NCBI GenBank assembly: GCA_014382245.1 | Contig: JACNKC010000057.1 | Location: 174-64,173 of the forward strand | Reading direction: 5' to 3' | Length of the DNA: 64,000 nt | From: Pseudomonadota bacterium | GTDB lineage: Bacteria; Desulfobacterota; Binatia; UBA1149 | Translations under genes and position numbers: made by a program | Notes under the pieces: generated by a model | Told to the model about the DNA's origin: nothing | Databases searched by the model: none | Seen by the model: the letters and a program-made list of their open reading frames with translations, nothing else | In this document: in pieces, positions 55,271 to 64,000 of the stretch | How the letters are laid out: every line of letters begins with the position of its first letter | Position numbering within the stretch: position 1 is the first letter of the stretch

Positions 55271-55454
55271 CCGCGGAGGGCGCCCGCTTGCTGCGTTCCG
55301 GATACGGGAACGTCACCCCTGCTTGTCGATGTTGCGAACCGCTGTGCTGCTTTCCCGGTTCTGCTCACAAACCTTGTTATTCTGGAGGCCTGGGTAACGG
55401 CAAGCGCACAGAAAGCTATTGACAGCAGTACTCCTGCGGGCTTAGCTTAAGCCG

Positions 55455-56636
55455 TTGGGAAACTACCTGGACAACCTTGCCCTGTCGGCCCGGTCTGCCG
55501 CCAACACCCTCAGCGACACCTGGAAGGGTTACCGCGAAAGCGACCTGCGCCTGCGGGTCCCGCGGCCCGGCCCGTCGTTGGGCGCGATGGCGGAAGCCGC
55601 CCTCGACAGGGGATTTGCGCTGGCCGCCAACCTGGCGGCGGGGCGTAACCTTGAAGAACGAATCTCCAAGGGCTTCGCCCAGCTGGCAGACGCCGAGCAG
55701 TTGTTTGAGCAACGAGGTTGGCTGGCCGACCCGTCCGGCTACCATCGCGACCCGCCGCCGGTCGAAGAAGTATCACTGGGACGCGCCGTGTCTCAGCAGG
55801 GGCTCCGGCGGTTGCAGTACCAGCAGCTGAGTTACCCCAGCCTCTACGAGCCCTGGCCGAGCGAGCCGGGCCGCGAGCGCTGGCAGGCGCTGGAGCCCAA
55901 CCGTCGCTTTCACGCTTACGTGCTTCGCTACCCGGGCCCGCCGCGCCCGTGGCTGGTGTGTGTTCACGGCTTCGGCATGGGAGGACCGGCCACCGCGTTC
56001 ACCGGTTTCAACGCGCGCAAACTTCACAGCGAGCTCGGCTTGAATCTCGCGTTTCCCGTTTTGCCGCTGCACGGTCCACGCGCACCCGGCAGGGCCAGCG
56101 GTCGTGAACTGCTGGCCGCCGATTTCATGTCGATGGTCTACTGCTTCGCGCAGGCTGCCTGGGATCTGCGGCGACTGGTCGGTTGGCTCAAGAGCGAAGA
56201 CGGCCAGCCGGTGGGCTTGTACGGACTGTCGCTCGGCTCGCTCACTGCTTCACTCAGCAGCGGGCTGGAGTCGGCCGACTGCGTGATTGCCGGCATACCC
56301 GCCGTCGATTTTGCCGGCCTCGTGCGTGACAACGAGATCCCTATACCTGGCCGCAAGCCGCTCGCCAGCGAGCAGGGCTACCAGCGACTCGCGCGGGTGA
56401 CGAGCGTGGTCAACCCGCTGAGTTTCGCTCCGCAGGTGGCCAGGGACAAGCGTTTTATTTTTGCCGGCCTGGCCGACCGCCTGGCCCGGCCTTACCAGGC
56501 CGACGCGCTGTGGCGGCACTGGGGACGACCGCCGGTGCACTGGTTCGACGGTGCCCACGTTACCTACCTCATGAAGTCCAGCGTTCAACGCTTCGTGGAG
56601 TCGTCGCTGGCCACTGCCGGCCTGACCTGGCACTGA
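55455..56636 (+). CDS. alpha/beta hydrolase
   Basis: YGLSLGS nucleophile elbow and VCVHGFGMGGP-type motif. TTG start in the ORF track; the true start is uncertain. Confidence 0.55.
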   Translation: MGNYLDNLALSARSAANTLSDTWKGYRESDLRLRVPRPGPSLGAMAEAALDRGFALAANLAAGRNLEERISKGFAQLADAEQLFEQRGWLADPSGYHRDPPPVEEVSLGRAVSQQGLRRLQYQQLSYPSLYEPWPSEPGRERWQALEPNRRFHAYVLRYPGPPRPWLVCVHGFGMGGPATAFTGFNARKLHSELGLNLAFPVLPLHGPRAPGRASGRELLAADFMSMVYCFAQAAWDLRRLVGWLKSEDGQPVGLYGLSLGSLTASLSSGLESADCVIAGIPAVDFAGLVRDNEIPIPGRKPLASEQGYQRLARVTSVVNPLSFAPQVARDKRFIFAGLADRLARPYQADALWRHWGRPPVHWFDGAHVTYLMKSSVQRFVESSLATAGLTWH

Positions 56637-56735
56637 CACTCCCGCTTTCTCCCCAGCTTTTGTTTCTTCTCGCCGACGCGTGTAGCGACGGTCACTGGCG
56701 CGTTGATTTTTCGTGGCGTGCCGCGGGGACCTGCT

Positions 56736-57602
56736 ATGAATTATAAAACCGAAACCCTGGTGTCGGGCCTGGCCTTTGCCGAAGGCCCACGGTGGAAGGA
56801 CGGCCGCCTCTACTATTCTGACATGCACCGTTGCGTGGTGGAGTCGGTGGACGAAAGCGGTTCTGTCGAACTGGTGTGCCGGGTGGAGCAGTCGCCCTCG
56901 GGCTTAGGCTGGTTGCCCGACGACGGTGCGGCCGACGCGGGTCGCATGCTGGTGGTTTCCATGCGCGACCGGCGCTTGCTGCGCCTGGACCCCGACGGCC
57001 TGGTCGAGGTGGCCGACCTGTCGGGCCTGGCCACCTGGCACTGCAACGACATGGTGGTCGATGAGCAGGGGCGCGCCTACGTGGGCAACTTCGGCTCGGA
57101 CATCTACGGTGACGATCCCACGCCCAGCGATGCGCTCCTGCTCATGGTAGAACGAGACGGCGCCGTCAGTGTAGCCGCCGACAAGATGAAATTTCCCAAC
57201 GGTGCCGTGATCACGCCCGACGGTAGTACCTTGATCATCTGCGAAACCTTTGCCGGCTGCTTGACGGCCTTCGACATAGCCGCCGATGGGTCGCTGTCGG
57301 GCCGCCGCAGCTGGGCCGAACTGGAGGGCGTGGCCCCCGACGGGTGTTGCCTGGACGCCGAGGGCGCCATCTGGGTGGCCACGGTATTCGGAAACCAGCT
57401 GTTGCGCGTGCACGAAGGGGGCCGCATCAGCGACCGCGTGGAGCTGGCCAGCGAATCGTTTGCCTGCATGCTGGGCGGTGAAGACGGGCGCACGTTGTTT
57501 ATCTGCGCGGCCCCGACCTCGGAACCCGAAGAAGCGCTTGAGCAGCTGGGTGGCAGCATTGAGCTGGTGCGCGTTGAGGTGCCCCGCGCGGGACGGCCGT
57601 AA
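56736..57602 (+). CDS. SMP-30/gluconolactonase/LRE-like family protein (six-bladed beta-propeller lactonase)
   Basis: MNYKTETLVSGLAFAEGPRWKDGRLYYSDM N-terminus typical of the family. GGGGA RBS. Confidence 0.8.
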   Translation: MNYKTETLVSGLAFAEGPRWKDGRLYYSDMHRCVVESVDESGSVELVCRVEQSPSGLGWLPDDGAADAGRMLVVSMRDRRLLRLDPDGLVEVADLSGLATWHCNDMVVDEQGRAYVGNFGSDIYGDDPTPSDALLLMVERDGAVSVAADKMKFPNGAVITPDGSTLIICETFAGCLTAFDIAADGSLSGRRSWAELEGVAPDGCCLDAEGAIWVATVFGNQLLRVHEGGRISDRVELASESFACMLGGEDGRTLFICAAPTSEPEEALEQLGGSIELVRVEVPRAGRP

Positions 57603-57609
57603 AACCACG

Positions 57610-58569
57610 GTGGCATTGTTGTTGAAAGAGACGGTCGCGGTTGCCCTTTGCCTGCTGTTGGCGGGTTGCAGCCTGGGCACGGGCTGGCGCAGTGCCCACC
57701 ACCGCGATCATCCACTGGTGGGCAGTTGCTGGTCGGTGGACGCTGCCAAGGTGGTTGACTGCGGAGAGGTGAAGGAGGCTGCGCGAGGCGCACGGCTCGT
57801 GTTGCTCGGCGAGCAACACGATAACCCCGATCACCATCGCCTGCAGGCCGCGGTGCTTCGCGGGTTGGTGGACGCCGGTCGCCACCCGGCGCTGCTGCTC
57901 GAGATGCTCGGCCCCGCAGTGGCCGAGCAGGCCTGGGCCGCCTGTCGAGACCGAGGGCGGCGAGGCTGCACGGCGGCGGGGCTGAGGCGGGCGTTGGACT
58001 GGGACTCGAGTGGCTGGCCGGACTGGCAACTGTATCGCCCGATTTTTAACGTGGCGCTGGAGCGAGACCTGCAACTGGTCGGCGTAGGGATAAGCCGGGG
58101 CGAGGCCCGCGGGCTTTCGGCGCCGGTGGATACTCCGCTCGATGACAAGGCCGTTGCCGAACTCAGGCGCGAGATTATCGAATCGCACTGCGGCTACGCC
58201 AGTGGCCACATGGTCGACGCCATGCTCAATGTTCAGCAGTCGCGTGACTCGCGCATGGCCGGCGCGCTGGCCGACGCGCTGGCCGACGAAAACGGAGCTG
58301 GAGAAGACGGCGCGGTGTTGATCGCGGGCCTGGGGCACACCCGGCTCGACCGCGGCGTGGCCTGGCATCTTCCCGCGGGTACCCGCGAAGGGCTGTTCTC
58401 GGTCGCTTTCGTAGAGGTGACCATAGGCGAGCAGCACCCGGCCGACTACGCTGAGCACTTTGACGGCCGCCTGCCCTTTGACTACCTGTGGTTTACCCCC
58501 CGAGCCGATGATCTCGATCCCTGCGAGCGCTTCGAGCAGCAGTTGAAGGCCATGGGTAAACAGCCTTGA
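57610..58569 (+). CDS. ChaN-like (haem-binding uptake, Tiki superfamily) lipoprotein
   Basis: Lipobox LLLAGCS. LVLLGEQHDNPDHHRLQ signature of the ChaN/Cofac_haem_bdg family. GTG start chosen after the upstream stop; the ORF-track start at 57286 overlaps the previous gene. Confidence 0.6.
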   Translation: MALLLKETVAVALCLLLAGCSLGTGWRSAHHRDHPLVGSCWSVDAAKVVDCGEVKEAARGARLVLLGEQHDNPDHHRLQAAVLRGLVDAGRHPALLLEMLGPAVAEQAWAACRDRGRRGCTAAGLRRALDWDSSGWPDWQLYRPIFNVALERDLQLVGVGISRGEARGLSAPVDTPLDDKAVAELRREIIESHCGYASGHMVDAMLNVQQSRDSRMAGALADALADENGAGEDGAVLIAGLGHTRLDRGVAWHLPAGTREGLFSVAFVEVTIGEQHPADYAEHFDGRLPFDYLWFTPRADDLDPCERFEQQLKAMGKQP

Positions 58570-59459
58570 GCGATTCTCCCGGCGCGGTGCTGGTGGCCGG
58601 CTGTGGGCGCGTGGGGTCGCGCGTAGCAGGGCTGCTGGCCGACGGCGGGCGACAGGTGTACGCGCTCAGCCGCAAGCCCGCTGTCATGCCCGATAACGTA
58701 AGGCCGCTTATCGCTGATCTCACGGATGCGGCCTCGCTGTCGGGCTTGTTGGAGAGCGCGATACCGGTCGGCGTCGACCTCGTTGTTTTTACGGCCTCGC
58801 CTGATCGCGGCGACGAGCAGGCCTACCGCGCGGTGTATCTCGACGGGCTGGCCACGCTGCTGGCGACCCCGGCCTGCTCGGACTTGCGCCGCCTGGTTTT
58901 GGCTTCGAGTACCGCTGTATACGCGCAGGATGATGGCGGCTGGGTAGACGAACACGACGATACCAGGCCGCTGCGTTTCAACGGCGCGGTCATACTCGAA
59001 GCCGAGCAACTGGCCCGCACCCGAACGCGGGCCGAAGTGGTGGTGGCCAGGCTGGGGGGCATCTACGGCCCCGGCCCGGGCGCGTTCCTGCGCTCGGTCG
59101 CCGCGGGCGAGCTGCGTCTGCCTGACCGCCCGGCGTTTACCAACCGCGTGCAGGTAGGTGATGCCGCTCGCGCGCTGGTACACCTGGTTGGCCTCGCCCA
59201 ACCCGCGCCCGTGTACAACGTGGTCGACGACACACCGGCTACTCGCCACGAGGTCGCCGCGTGGGCGGCGGTGGAGCTGGGCCACGAGCTGGACGCGGCA
59301 GCTGTTTTATCGGCGGTGAGCGCGGGCACCGGCGGCAAGCGTTGCAGCAACGCGCTGCTGCGCGCCAGCGGATTCGACTTCCTATACCCCGGTTACCGTG
59401 AGGGCTACGTAAGGCGGTTGGCCGAACTGGCGGTGGGTGGAAAGGGCAACGGCGGTTGA
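58566..59459 (+). CDS. NAD(P)-dependent epimerase/dehydratase-like (extended SDR, Rossmann-fold) protein
   Basis: VLVAGCGRVGSRVAGLL glycine-rich NAD-binding motif. TTG start overlapping the upstream stop (TTGA). Confidence 0.6.
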   Translation: MSDSPGAVLVAGCGRVGSRVAGLLADGGRQVYALSRKPAVMPDNVRPLIADLTDAASLSGLLESAIPVGVDLVVFTASPDRGDEQAYRAVYLDGLATLLATPACSDLRRLVLASSTAVYAQDDGGWVDEHDDTRPLRFNGAVILEAEQLARTRTRAEVVVARLGGIYGPGPGAFLRSVAAGELRLPDRPAFTNRVQVGDAARALVHLVGLAQPAPVYNVVDDTPATRHEVAAWAAVELGHELDAAAVLSAVSAGTGGKRCSNALLRASGFDFLYPGYREGYVRRLAELAVGGKGNGG

Positions 59460-59499
59460 CGATTCGGCAAGGGCCGGGGGCCTGCCCCCCCGGTCAGGG

Positions 59500-59509
59500 C
59501 CCCCCCCCC
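59500..59509. repeat. homopolymeric C10 tract within a GC-rich hairpin-capable segment
   Basis: GGGCCGGGGGCCTGCCCCCCCGGTCAGGGCCCCCCCCCCG at 59471-59510. Intergenic, between the epimerase-like gene and the beta-helix protein gene. Confidence 0.6.
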
Positions 59510-59669
59510 GAACGGGTATAAATCATTCATGTTACCCGGTAGATGCAGTGCTATCCCTTGACGGGGACGGGAGCGCAGTGGTTTACTTGAGCCTGCTGCC
59601 CGCCGCTGAGCGTGGCCGCAAGGGGGACTTTATCATGAATCATTTCTGCGGGCCGGCCTGGCCCTTCCT

Positions 59670-60704
59670 GTGCTGTACTTGTTTTCCGTGTGCGCGCTGA
59701 TCCTGCCGTCGTCGGCCGGTGCCAACCCCGCTTGTGGCGATACGCTGACAAGCGGGGTCACGACGATGGATGCCGCCCTTGTCTGCACCGACACCGGCGA
59801 TGGAACCGCGGCGCTTACACTTACCGGCTCGGCAACGCTTGATATGAACGGCTTCTATATCGTCTGCGGTGACCATGCAGACGACCTTACCGCGGTCCTG
59901 ATGGACGGCGTGTTTTTGAACGGAACCAAGAACACGCTGGCCAACGGCGCGATACGCAACTGCCAGGACGGCGTTGAGCTGGGCGGCGGGGGCGGCCACA
60001 CGGTCAGCATGGTGCACGCCACCGAGGGCTGGGACGACGGTTTTGACGTCAAGTCCGACGGCAACAAGCTCAGCCAGGTCACGTCCTGGGGCAACGACGA
60101 TGCCGGGGTTGTGCTGGTCGGGAACAAGAACCAGGTCACTAATTCTGTCGCTCGTTCAAACGATATCGATGGATTCGATATCGAGGGCGACGGAAACAAG
60201 CTGAAGTTCGTGACCTCCTACGGCAACCTCGACGATGGCTTCTGGATAGATGGTAACAAGAACTCGCTTTCTAATATTTCGGCTGCCGACAACGGCGACG
60301 AAGGTATTGATATCTCCAACACCGCTGACGGTAACAAGATCAAGTCAGCCCACACGGTCTCCAGCGGCGACAACGGCATCGAGCTCGAGGGCAACAAGAA
60401 CAAGTTGTCGGGCGTGGTGATCCTCGGACCCCCCGATGACGGTGTCGATCTGTGGGGCACTGCAACCGGCAATAAGCTATCGAAGGTGTTTGTCGCGGAG
60501 CCCTCCGGTGAAGGGATTGAGCTGGACACGGCGGGCAACTCTGTGCAGAAGTCGACCTCGGTCATGAGTCCCTCCACCGATGCCTACGACGAGGCGTCCG
60601 ATATCGCAGGTTCCTGTGTGAACAGCTGGAAGGGAAACCACTTCGCGAATGGGTGGCCCGCGGAGTGCGTGGGCAGCGTGTTGAACACGCCGCCGCTACC
60701 CTGA
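59670..60704 (+). CDS. secreted right-handed parallel beta-helix repeat protein
   Basis: Signal peptide MLYLFSVCALILPSSAGA. About 10 tandem 22-aa repeats of the form GNKNxLSxV...DDGxDI.G, typical of beta-helix (NosD/pectate-lyase-like) folds. GTG start. Confidence 0.6.
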   Translation: MLYLFSVCALILPSSAGANPACGDTLTSGVTTMDAALVCTDTGDGTAALTLTGSATLDMNGFYIVCGDHADDLTAVLMDGVFLNGTKNTLANGAIRNCQDGVELGGGGGHTVSMVHATEGWDDGFDVKSDGNKLSQVTSWGNDDAGVVLVGNKNQVTNSVARSNDIDGFDIEGDGNKLKFVTSYGNLDDGFWIDGNKNSLSNISAADNGDEGIDISNTADGNKIKSAHTVSSGDNGIELEGNKNKLSGVVILGPPDDGVDLWGTATGNKLSKVFVAEPSGEGIELDTAGNSVQKSTSVMSPSTDAYDEASDIAGSCVNSWKGNHFANGWPAECVGSVLNTPPLP

Positions 60705-60865
60705 GGGCCGAGCGTTTCGCCACTGAAGCGGGTCCGGTCGCGCAAGCAAGCGCGTCCGGACCTGTCTACAGGAAGGGAAAGCGGTTACTGATCCGGATGG
60801 ACGAATTGGTATCGTCGTTCGGCTGAGTTTTTGCTGGGCGGTTGCTTTCGGCTACCCTGTGGCGC

Positions 60866-61837
60866 ATGAAAATCGGCAGGGGGTCGAGATGTCTGTGCCT
60901 GGTGGCAGCGTTTTTGTTTTCGCTGTTGGTACTGCTGCCTGCGCAGGCTGTTGCCGGTGAAACCGTTCCGCTCGACGCGGCCGAGCGCGAGCGCCTGGGC
61001 GGCAGCTTTCTTGAGCTGCCTGACGGCTGGGTGCACTACCAGGTCAGCGGAGAAGAGAACGCTGACACGGTAATCCTCGTGCACGGGTTTTCTGTACCGT
61101 CTTTCGTCTGGCGCGGCGTCCTGCCTTACCTGCTCGATGCCGGCCTCCGGGTGGTCGTCTATGACAACTACGGCCGAGGCTTTTCTGATCGCCCCGGGCC
61201 GCCGTATAACATTGAGCTTTTCGATCGGCAGCTCGATGGCGTCATCAATGGACTCACGGCCGAGAGTGCGCGCGTGGCCCTGGTGGGCTATTCGATGGGT
61301 GGCGCCATCGTCACCGAGTATGCCGCGCGCAGGCCCGAGCGCGTGGCGGCCCTGGCGCTTATCGCTCCGGCTGGCTACCCGGTGGGCTTGCCGCTGGCGG
61401 CCAGGTTGACGCGCCTGCCGCTGGTGGGGGAGTGGTTGTTTTCGGTTTTCGCTCCGAGGGTGCTCAGTTCAAGGGTAGAGCAGATGGCGGCCCTGCCGGG
61501 TGCGCCCCGCGATTTCGTAGAGCGTTACAACGAGCAGCTCCGCTACCCGGGATACGTTGAGGCGCTGGCTTCCACGCTGGTCGAGTACCCGTTGAGCGAC
61601 CTGCGCGACAGCTACCGAGCGCTGGGCGCGAGCGGGCTGCCGGTTATGGCGCTGTGGGGCGACTCCGACAAGGTGGTGCCCTATTCGAGCTCAAAACTCC
61701 TGGCCGAAGACCTGCCGGGTCTCGAACTCAACACCATCGAGGGTGGTGCCCACGCCATAACCTTTACCCGCCCGCACGTGGTCGGCCCCCACCTTGTCTC
61801 GTTCTTTCGCAAGGGCGAGTGGCCCCTTTTGCGTTAA
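60866..61837 (+). CDS. secreted alpha/beta hydrolase
   Basis: Signal peptide (LLPAQAVA). ILVHGFSVPSFVW and GYSMGGAIV (GxSxG) motifs. Confidence 0.7.
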   Translation: MKIGRGSRCLCLVAAFLFSLLVLLPAQAVAGETVPLDAAERERLGGSFLELPDGWVHYQVSGEENADTVILVHGFSVPSFVWRGVLPYLLDAGLRVVVYDNYGRGFSDRPGPPYNIELFDRQLDGVINGLTAESARVALVGYSMGGAIVTEYAARRPERVAALALIAPAGYPVGLPLAARLTRLPLVGEWLFSVFAPRVLSSRVEQMAALPGAPRDFVERYNEQLRYPGYVEALASTLVEYPLSDLRDSYRALGASGLPVMALWGDSDKVVPYSSSKLLAEDLPGLELNTIEGGAHAITFTRPHVVGPHLVSFFRKGEWPLLR

Positions 61838-61868
61838 AGGTAGCAGGGCTGCCTCTTGCTGCTTAGAG

Positions 61869-61917
61869 TAGGCAACAATGTTGCCTATTGACAACGATAT
61901 GGCTCATCGGCTATAAG
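61869..61917 (+). promoter_or_regulatory. perfect palindrome TAGGCAACA-A-TGTTGCCTA followed by a near-consensus sigma70 promoter (TTGACA-N18-TATAAG)
   Basis: Palindrome at 61869-61887. TTGACA at 61888-61893 and TATAAG at 61912-61917, about 35 nt upstream of the XRE-cupin regulator start. Confidence 0.6.
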
Positions 61918-61951
61918 CAACTCCGGTAGCCGGCGGGGTCGGGGGCGAGCG

Positions 61952-62566
61952 ATGGCCGTAGCAGAAAAGTCCAATGAAAAAACCGGTAGCGGGCACGAGA
62001 TTTCGGTGCGCCGGGCTGCCGACAAGTTCAGGCGCACCCGCGAGCAGGCGGGCCTGTCGGTGCGGCAACTGGCCGACAAGGCCGGCCTGTCACCGAGTAC
62101 GGTGCTCAAGCTGGAGCGCCACGAGCTCACCCCGTCCATAGCCGTGTGCATGCGCCTGGCCGGCGCTCTCAATCGTAAAATTTCGTACTTCGTAGAGGAC
62201 GAAGATCCCCGCGACGAAGTGCGTTATATCCCCGCCGGTTCGGGGCGTTGCAGCGGAGTGGGGATGCCGGTGGTCACCACGGTGCTGGCCGAGCCCCTGG
62301 TCAACCCGCGCATGGAATCGTTCCTGCTTGTCATAGAGGTGGGTGGCGATAGCGGGTCCGAGGGGCACATCACCTACCGTGGCGAAGAAATTGTCTACTG
62401 CTTGAAAGGGCGCGTGAGTTTCAGCATACGCGGTGAAGACTACGTGGTTGCCCCGGGCGACACGCTGCACTTCAAAGGCGACATACCTCACCGCTGGGCC
62501 AACGTGGGTCGTGGGCGCGCCGAGCTGCTGATGACCTGTGCCTTTGGCGACCAGGGCGGGGAGTAG
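61952..62566 (+). CDS. XRE-family HTH transcriptional regulator with C-terminal cupin domain
   Basis: HTH (LSVRQLADKAGLSPSTVLKLERHEL). Cupin beta-barrel motifs (GEEIVYCLKGRV...GDTLHFKGDIPHRWANVG). Confidence 0.8.
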   Translation: MAVAEKSNEKTGSGHEISVRRAADKFRRTREQAGLSVRQLADKAGLSPSTVLKLERHELTPSIAVCMRLAGALNRKISYFVEDEDPRDEVRYIPAGSGRCSGVGMPVVTTVLAEPLVNPRMESFLLVIEVGGDSGSEGHITYRGEEIVYCLKGRVSFSIRGEDYVVAPGDTLHFKGDIPHRWANVGRGRAELLMTCAFGDQGGE

Positions 62567-62577
62567 CGGGTAGGGTG

Positions 62578-64000
62578 ATGGTCGGAGATTCGAAAACAGA
62601 TTACCAGGCCGCGCTCGCCGCCACCGCGCGACCGGATCGCGATTGGCGCATGCTGCTTGGCGGGCAGCTGCGGGCAGCGTCCGGCGGTGCGACGATAGCC
62701 ACGATCAACCCTGCCACCGAGATGCAGCTGGCGGAGATACCCAGCGCCACTGCCGGCGACGTCGACGCGGCGGTCAAGGCGGCGCGCACCGCGTTCGACG
62801 AGACCGATTGGTCGTGCAATGCGGTGGCACGAAAGCTTGTCCTGCTCGAGCTGTCACGACTTGCCGGGCGTGACCGGGAGATTTTTGCTGCGCTCGACAC
62901 GCTCGACACCGGGCTCGCCACCCTGGTCTCGACTGGCGTGACATCCAAGGCCCTGCTGCGCAACCTCGAGTATTACTCGGGCTGGGCAGACAAGGTCTAC
63001 GGCGAGGTCGTTCCCGTGCCTTCGCAGCACACGCTGGACTACGCCCTGCGCGAACCGCTGGGAGTGGTGGCGGGTATCTACGCGTGGAACACGGCGTCGC
63101 TTTTTCTCGGCAGCAAGATCGGTCCGGCACTCGCGGCCGGCAACACGGTCGTGATCAAGCCGTCTGAGCTGGGCTCGCTGTCGGCCCTGCACCTGGCCAC
63201 CCTCTGCGAGGAGGCCGGCGTGCCACCCGGAGTGATCAATATCGTGAGCGGTGGCCCGGAGGCGGGGCGCGCGCTGGTGTCCCACCCCGGAGTGGACAAG
63301 ATCAGTTTTACCGGCGGCAGTGCCACCGGCGCCGCCGTGCAGGCCGCGGCCGCCGCCAACATAACCCCGTTGCATCTCGAGCTCGGTGGCAAGTCACCCC
63401 ACGTTGTTTTTGCAGACGCCGACCTCGGTCGTGCCATCGGTGGGCTGGTGAGCGGAGCGTTCATGCTTTCGGGGCAGGCCTGTGCGGCGGGCACACGCGT
63501 GCTGGCGGAGGCTTCGGTCTACGAGCAGGTGGTCGACGGCCTGGCGGCGGCGGTGGAAGGCATGCATACCGGTGACCCCGCCGACCCGGCTACCTTTCTC
63601 GGTCCGCTCATCAGTGCCGAACAGCGGCAGCGTGCCAATTCGTTTGTTGCCGACGCGGCCTCGCAGGGAGCGCGCCTGGTGGCCAGCGGTCACTCGGAAC
63701 ACGAACGCGGTTACTACGTGGCCCCCGTCGTGTTCGCCGACGTTGAGCCAGGTTCCAGCCTGTGGCGTGAAGAAGTGTTCGGGCCGGTGCTCGCGGTGAC
63801 CCGCTTTGAAGGCGAGCGCGAGGCGCTGTGCCTGGCCAACGACAGCGACTACGGCCTGGCCGCCGGCGCCTGGACGGCCGACCTTGGCCGCGCGCACCGC
63901 TTTGCCGCTGGCGTGAGAGCGGGCACGGTGTGGATCAACAGCTACGGCAGCATTCCGCACACCGCTCCCTTCGGCGGCCGGGGTCGTTCCGGTTACGGGC
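62578..64000 (+). CDS. aldehyde dehydrogenase family protein (3' end beyond window)
   Basis: Open frame to the window edge; no closed ORF is listed in the track. Classic ALDH motifs translated from the sequence (IATINPATE, VIKPSELGSLSALHLA, FTGGSATG, ELGGKSP, and the catalytic Cys region GQACAAGTR). Confidence 0.85.
   Translation, partial: MVGDSKTDYQAALAATARPDRDWRMLLGGQLRAASGGATIATINPATEMQLAEIPSATAGDVDAAVKAARTAFDETDWSCNAVARKLVLLELSRLAGRDREIFAALDTLDTGLATLVSTGVTSKALLRNLEYYSGWADKVYGEVVPVPSQHTLDYALREPLGVVAGIYAWNTASLFLGSKIGPALAAGNTVVIKPSELGSLSALHLATLCEEAGVPPGVINIVSGGPEAGRALVSHPGVDKISFTGGSATGAAVQAAAAANITPLHLELGGKSPHVVFADADLGRAIGGLVSGAFMLSGQACAAGTRVLAEASVYEQVVDGLAAAVEGMHTGDPADPATFLGPLISAEQRQRANSFVADAASQGARLVASGHSEHERGYYVAPVVFADVEPGSSLWREEVFGPVLAVTRFEGEREALCLANDSDYGLAAGAWTADLGRAHRFAAGVRAGTVWINSYGSIPHTAPFGGRGRSGYG

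Noticed and set aside
57286-57609. Upstream part of ORF 57286..58569 overlapping the SMP-30 gene
   Set aside because: It overlaps the well-supported SMP-30/gluconolactonase coding frame. The ChaN-like protein has a clear lipoprotein signal starting after the upstream stop, so I started it at 57610.
62580-62600. tRNA-like T-loop string GGAGATTCGAAAAC
   Set aside because: It lies inside the ALDH N-terminal coding sequence (VGDSKTDY). There is no surrounding cloverleaf, acceptor stem or anticodon arm. I found no tRNA or rRNA anywhere in the window.
63394-63960. Minus-strand ORFs (62601..62963, 62854..63375, 63078..63494, 63394..63960) overlapping the aldehyde dehydrogenase region
   Set aside because: Spurious antisense frames. 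The plus-strand frame encodes an uninterrupted ALDH with all hallmark motifs up to the window end.
1-64000. Search for CRISPR arrays, insertion sequences, integrases and phage genes
   Set aside because: No direct-repeat/spacer arrays were seen, and no transposase, integrase, recombinase or phage structural gene signatures. The only notable DNA repeats are the 237-bp in-gene tandem repeats (41560..42290) and short operator palindromes.

Overview
High-GC bacterial chromosomal window (roughly two-thirds G+C by eye), almost entirely coding. I found no rRNA, tRNA, CRISPR array or obvious transposase/integrase. The content is accessory and catabolic metabolism rather than housekeeping. (1) A tightly packed minus-strand operon at ~0.9-8.8 kb encodes a family-III CoA-transferase, a Tat-signal molybdopterin (bis-PGD type) oxidoreductase, a glycyl radical enzyme (GRE) of the eliminase type (C-x-E loop), its radical-SAM activase and a small FMN-binding-like protein. 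This is the most unusual system in the window. (2) A TauD-family dioxygenase, an alanine/glycine:cation symporter, a glutamine amidotransferase and several esterases/amidohydrolases. (3) A P450 / amidohydrolase / SyrP-like dioxygenase cluster. (4) A CsoR-type metal repressor plus a DUF318 permease-HMA fusion, with a perfect 10-1-10 operator palindrome. (5) Two beta-oxidation-like operons: acyl-CoA dehydrogenases, enoyl-CoA hydratases, SCP-x thiolase + DUF35, acyl-CoA synthetase, carboxyltransferase, citrate-synthase-like protein, luciferase-like monooxygenase (LLM) family oxidoreductases. Many of their genes are translationally coupled by 1-4 nt overlaps. (6) A 1212-aa secreted FG-GAP / Cys-rich-repeat / TSP3-like protein whose gene carries 237-bp tandem repeats. 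(7) A diiron-carboxylate oxygenase / SCP2-like / ferredoxin / DUF3604 cluster. (8) TetR-flanked short-chain dehydrogenase/reductase (SDR) genes and a penicillin-acylase-family Ntn hydrolase behind an array of CAAGT/ACTTG palindromes. Also secreted hydrolases, a ChaN-like lipoprotein, a beta-helix repeat protein, an XRE-cupin regulator with a consensus sigma70 promoter, and a 3'-truncated aldehyde dehydrogenase. The ORF track starts at the first ATG/GTG/TTG, so many ORFs are N-terminally over-extended. I re-called starts where conserved N-termini, signal peptides or RBS spacing allowed.
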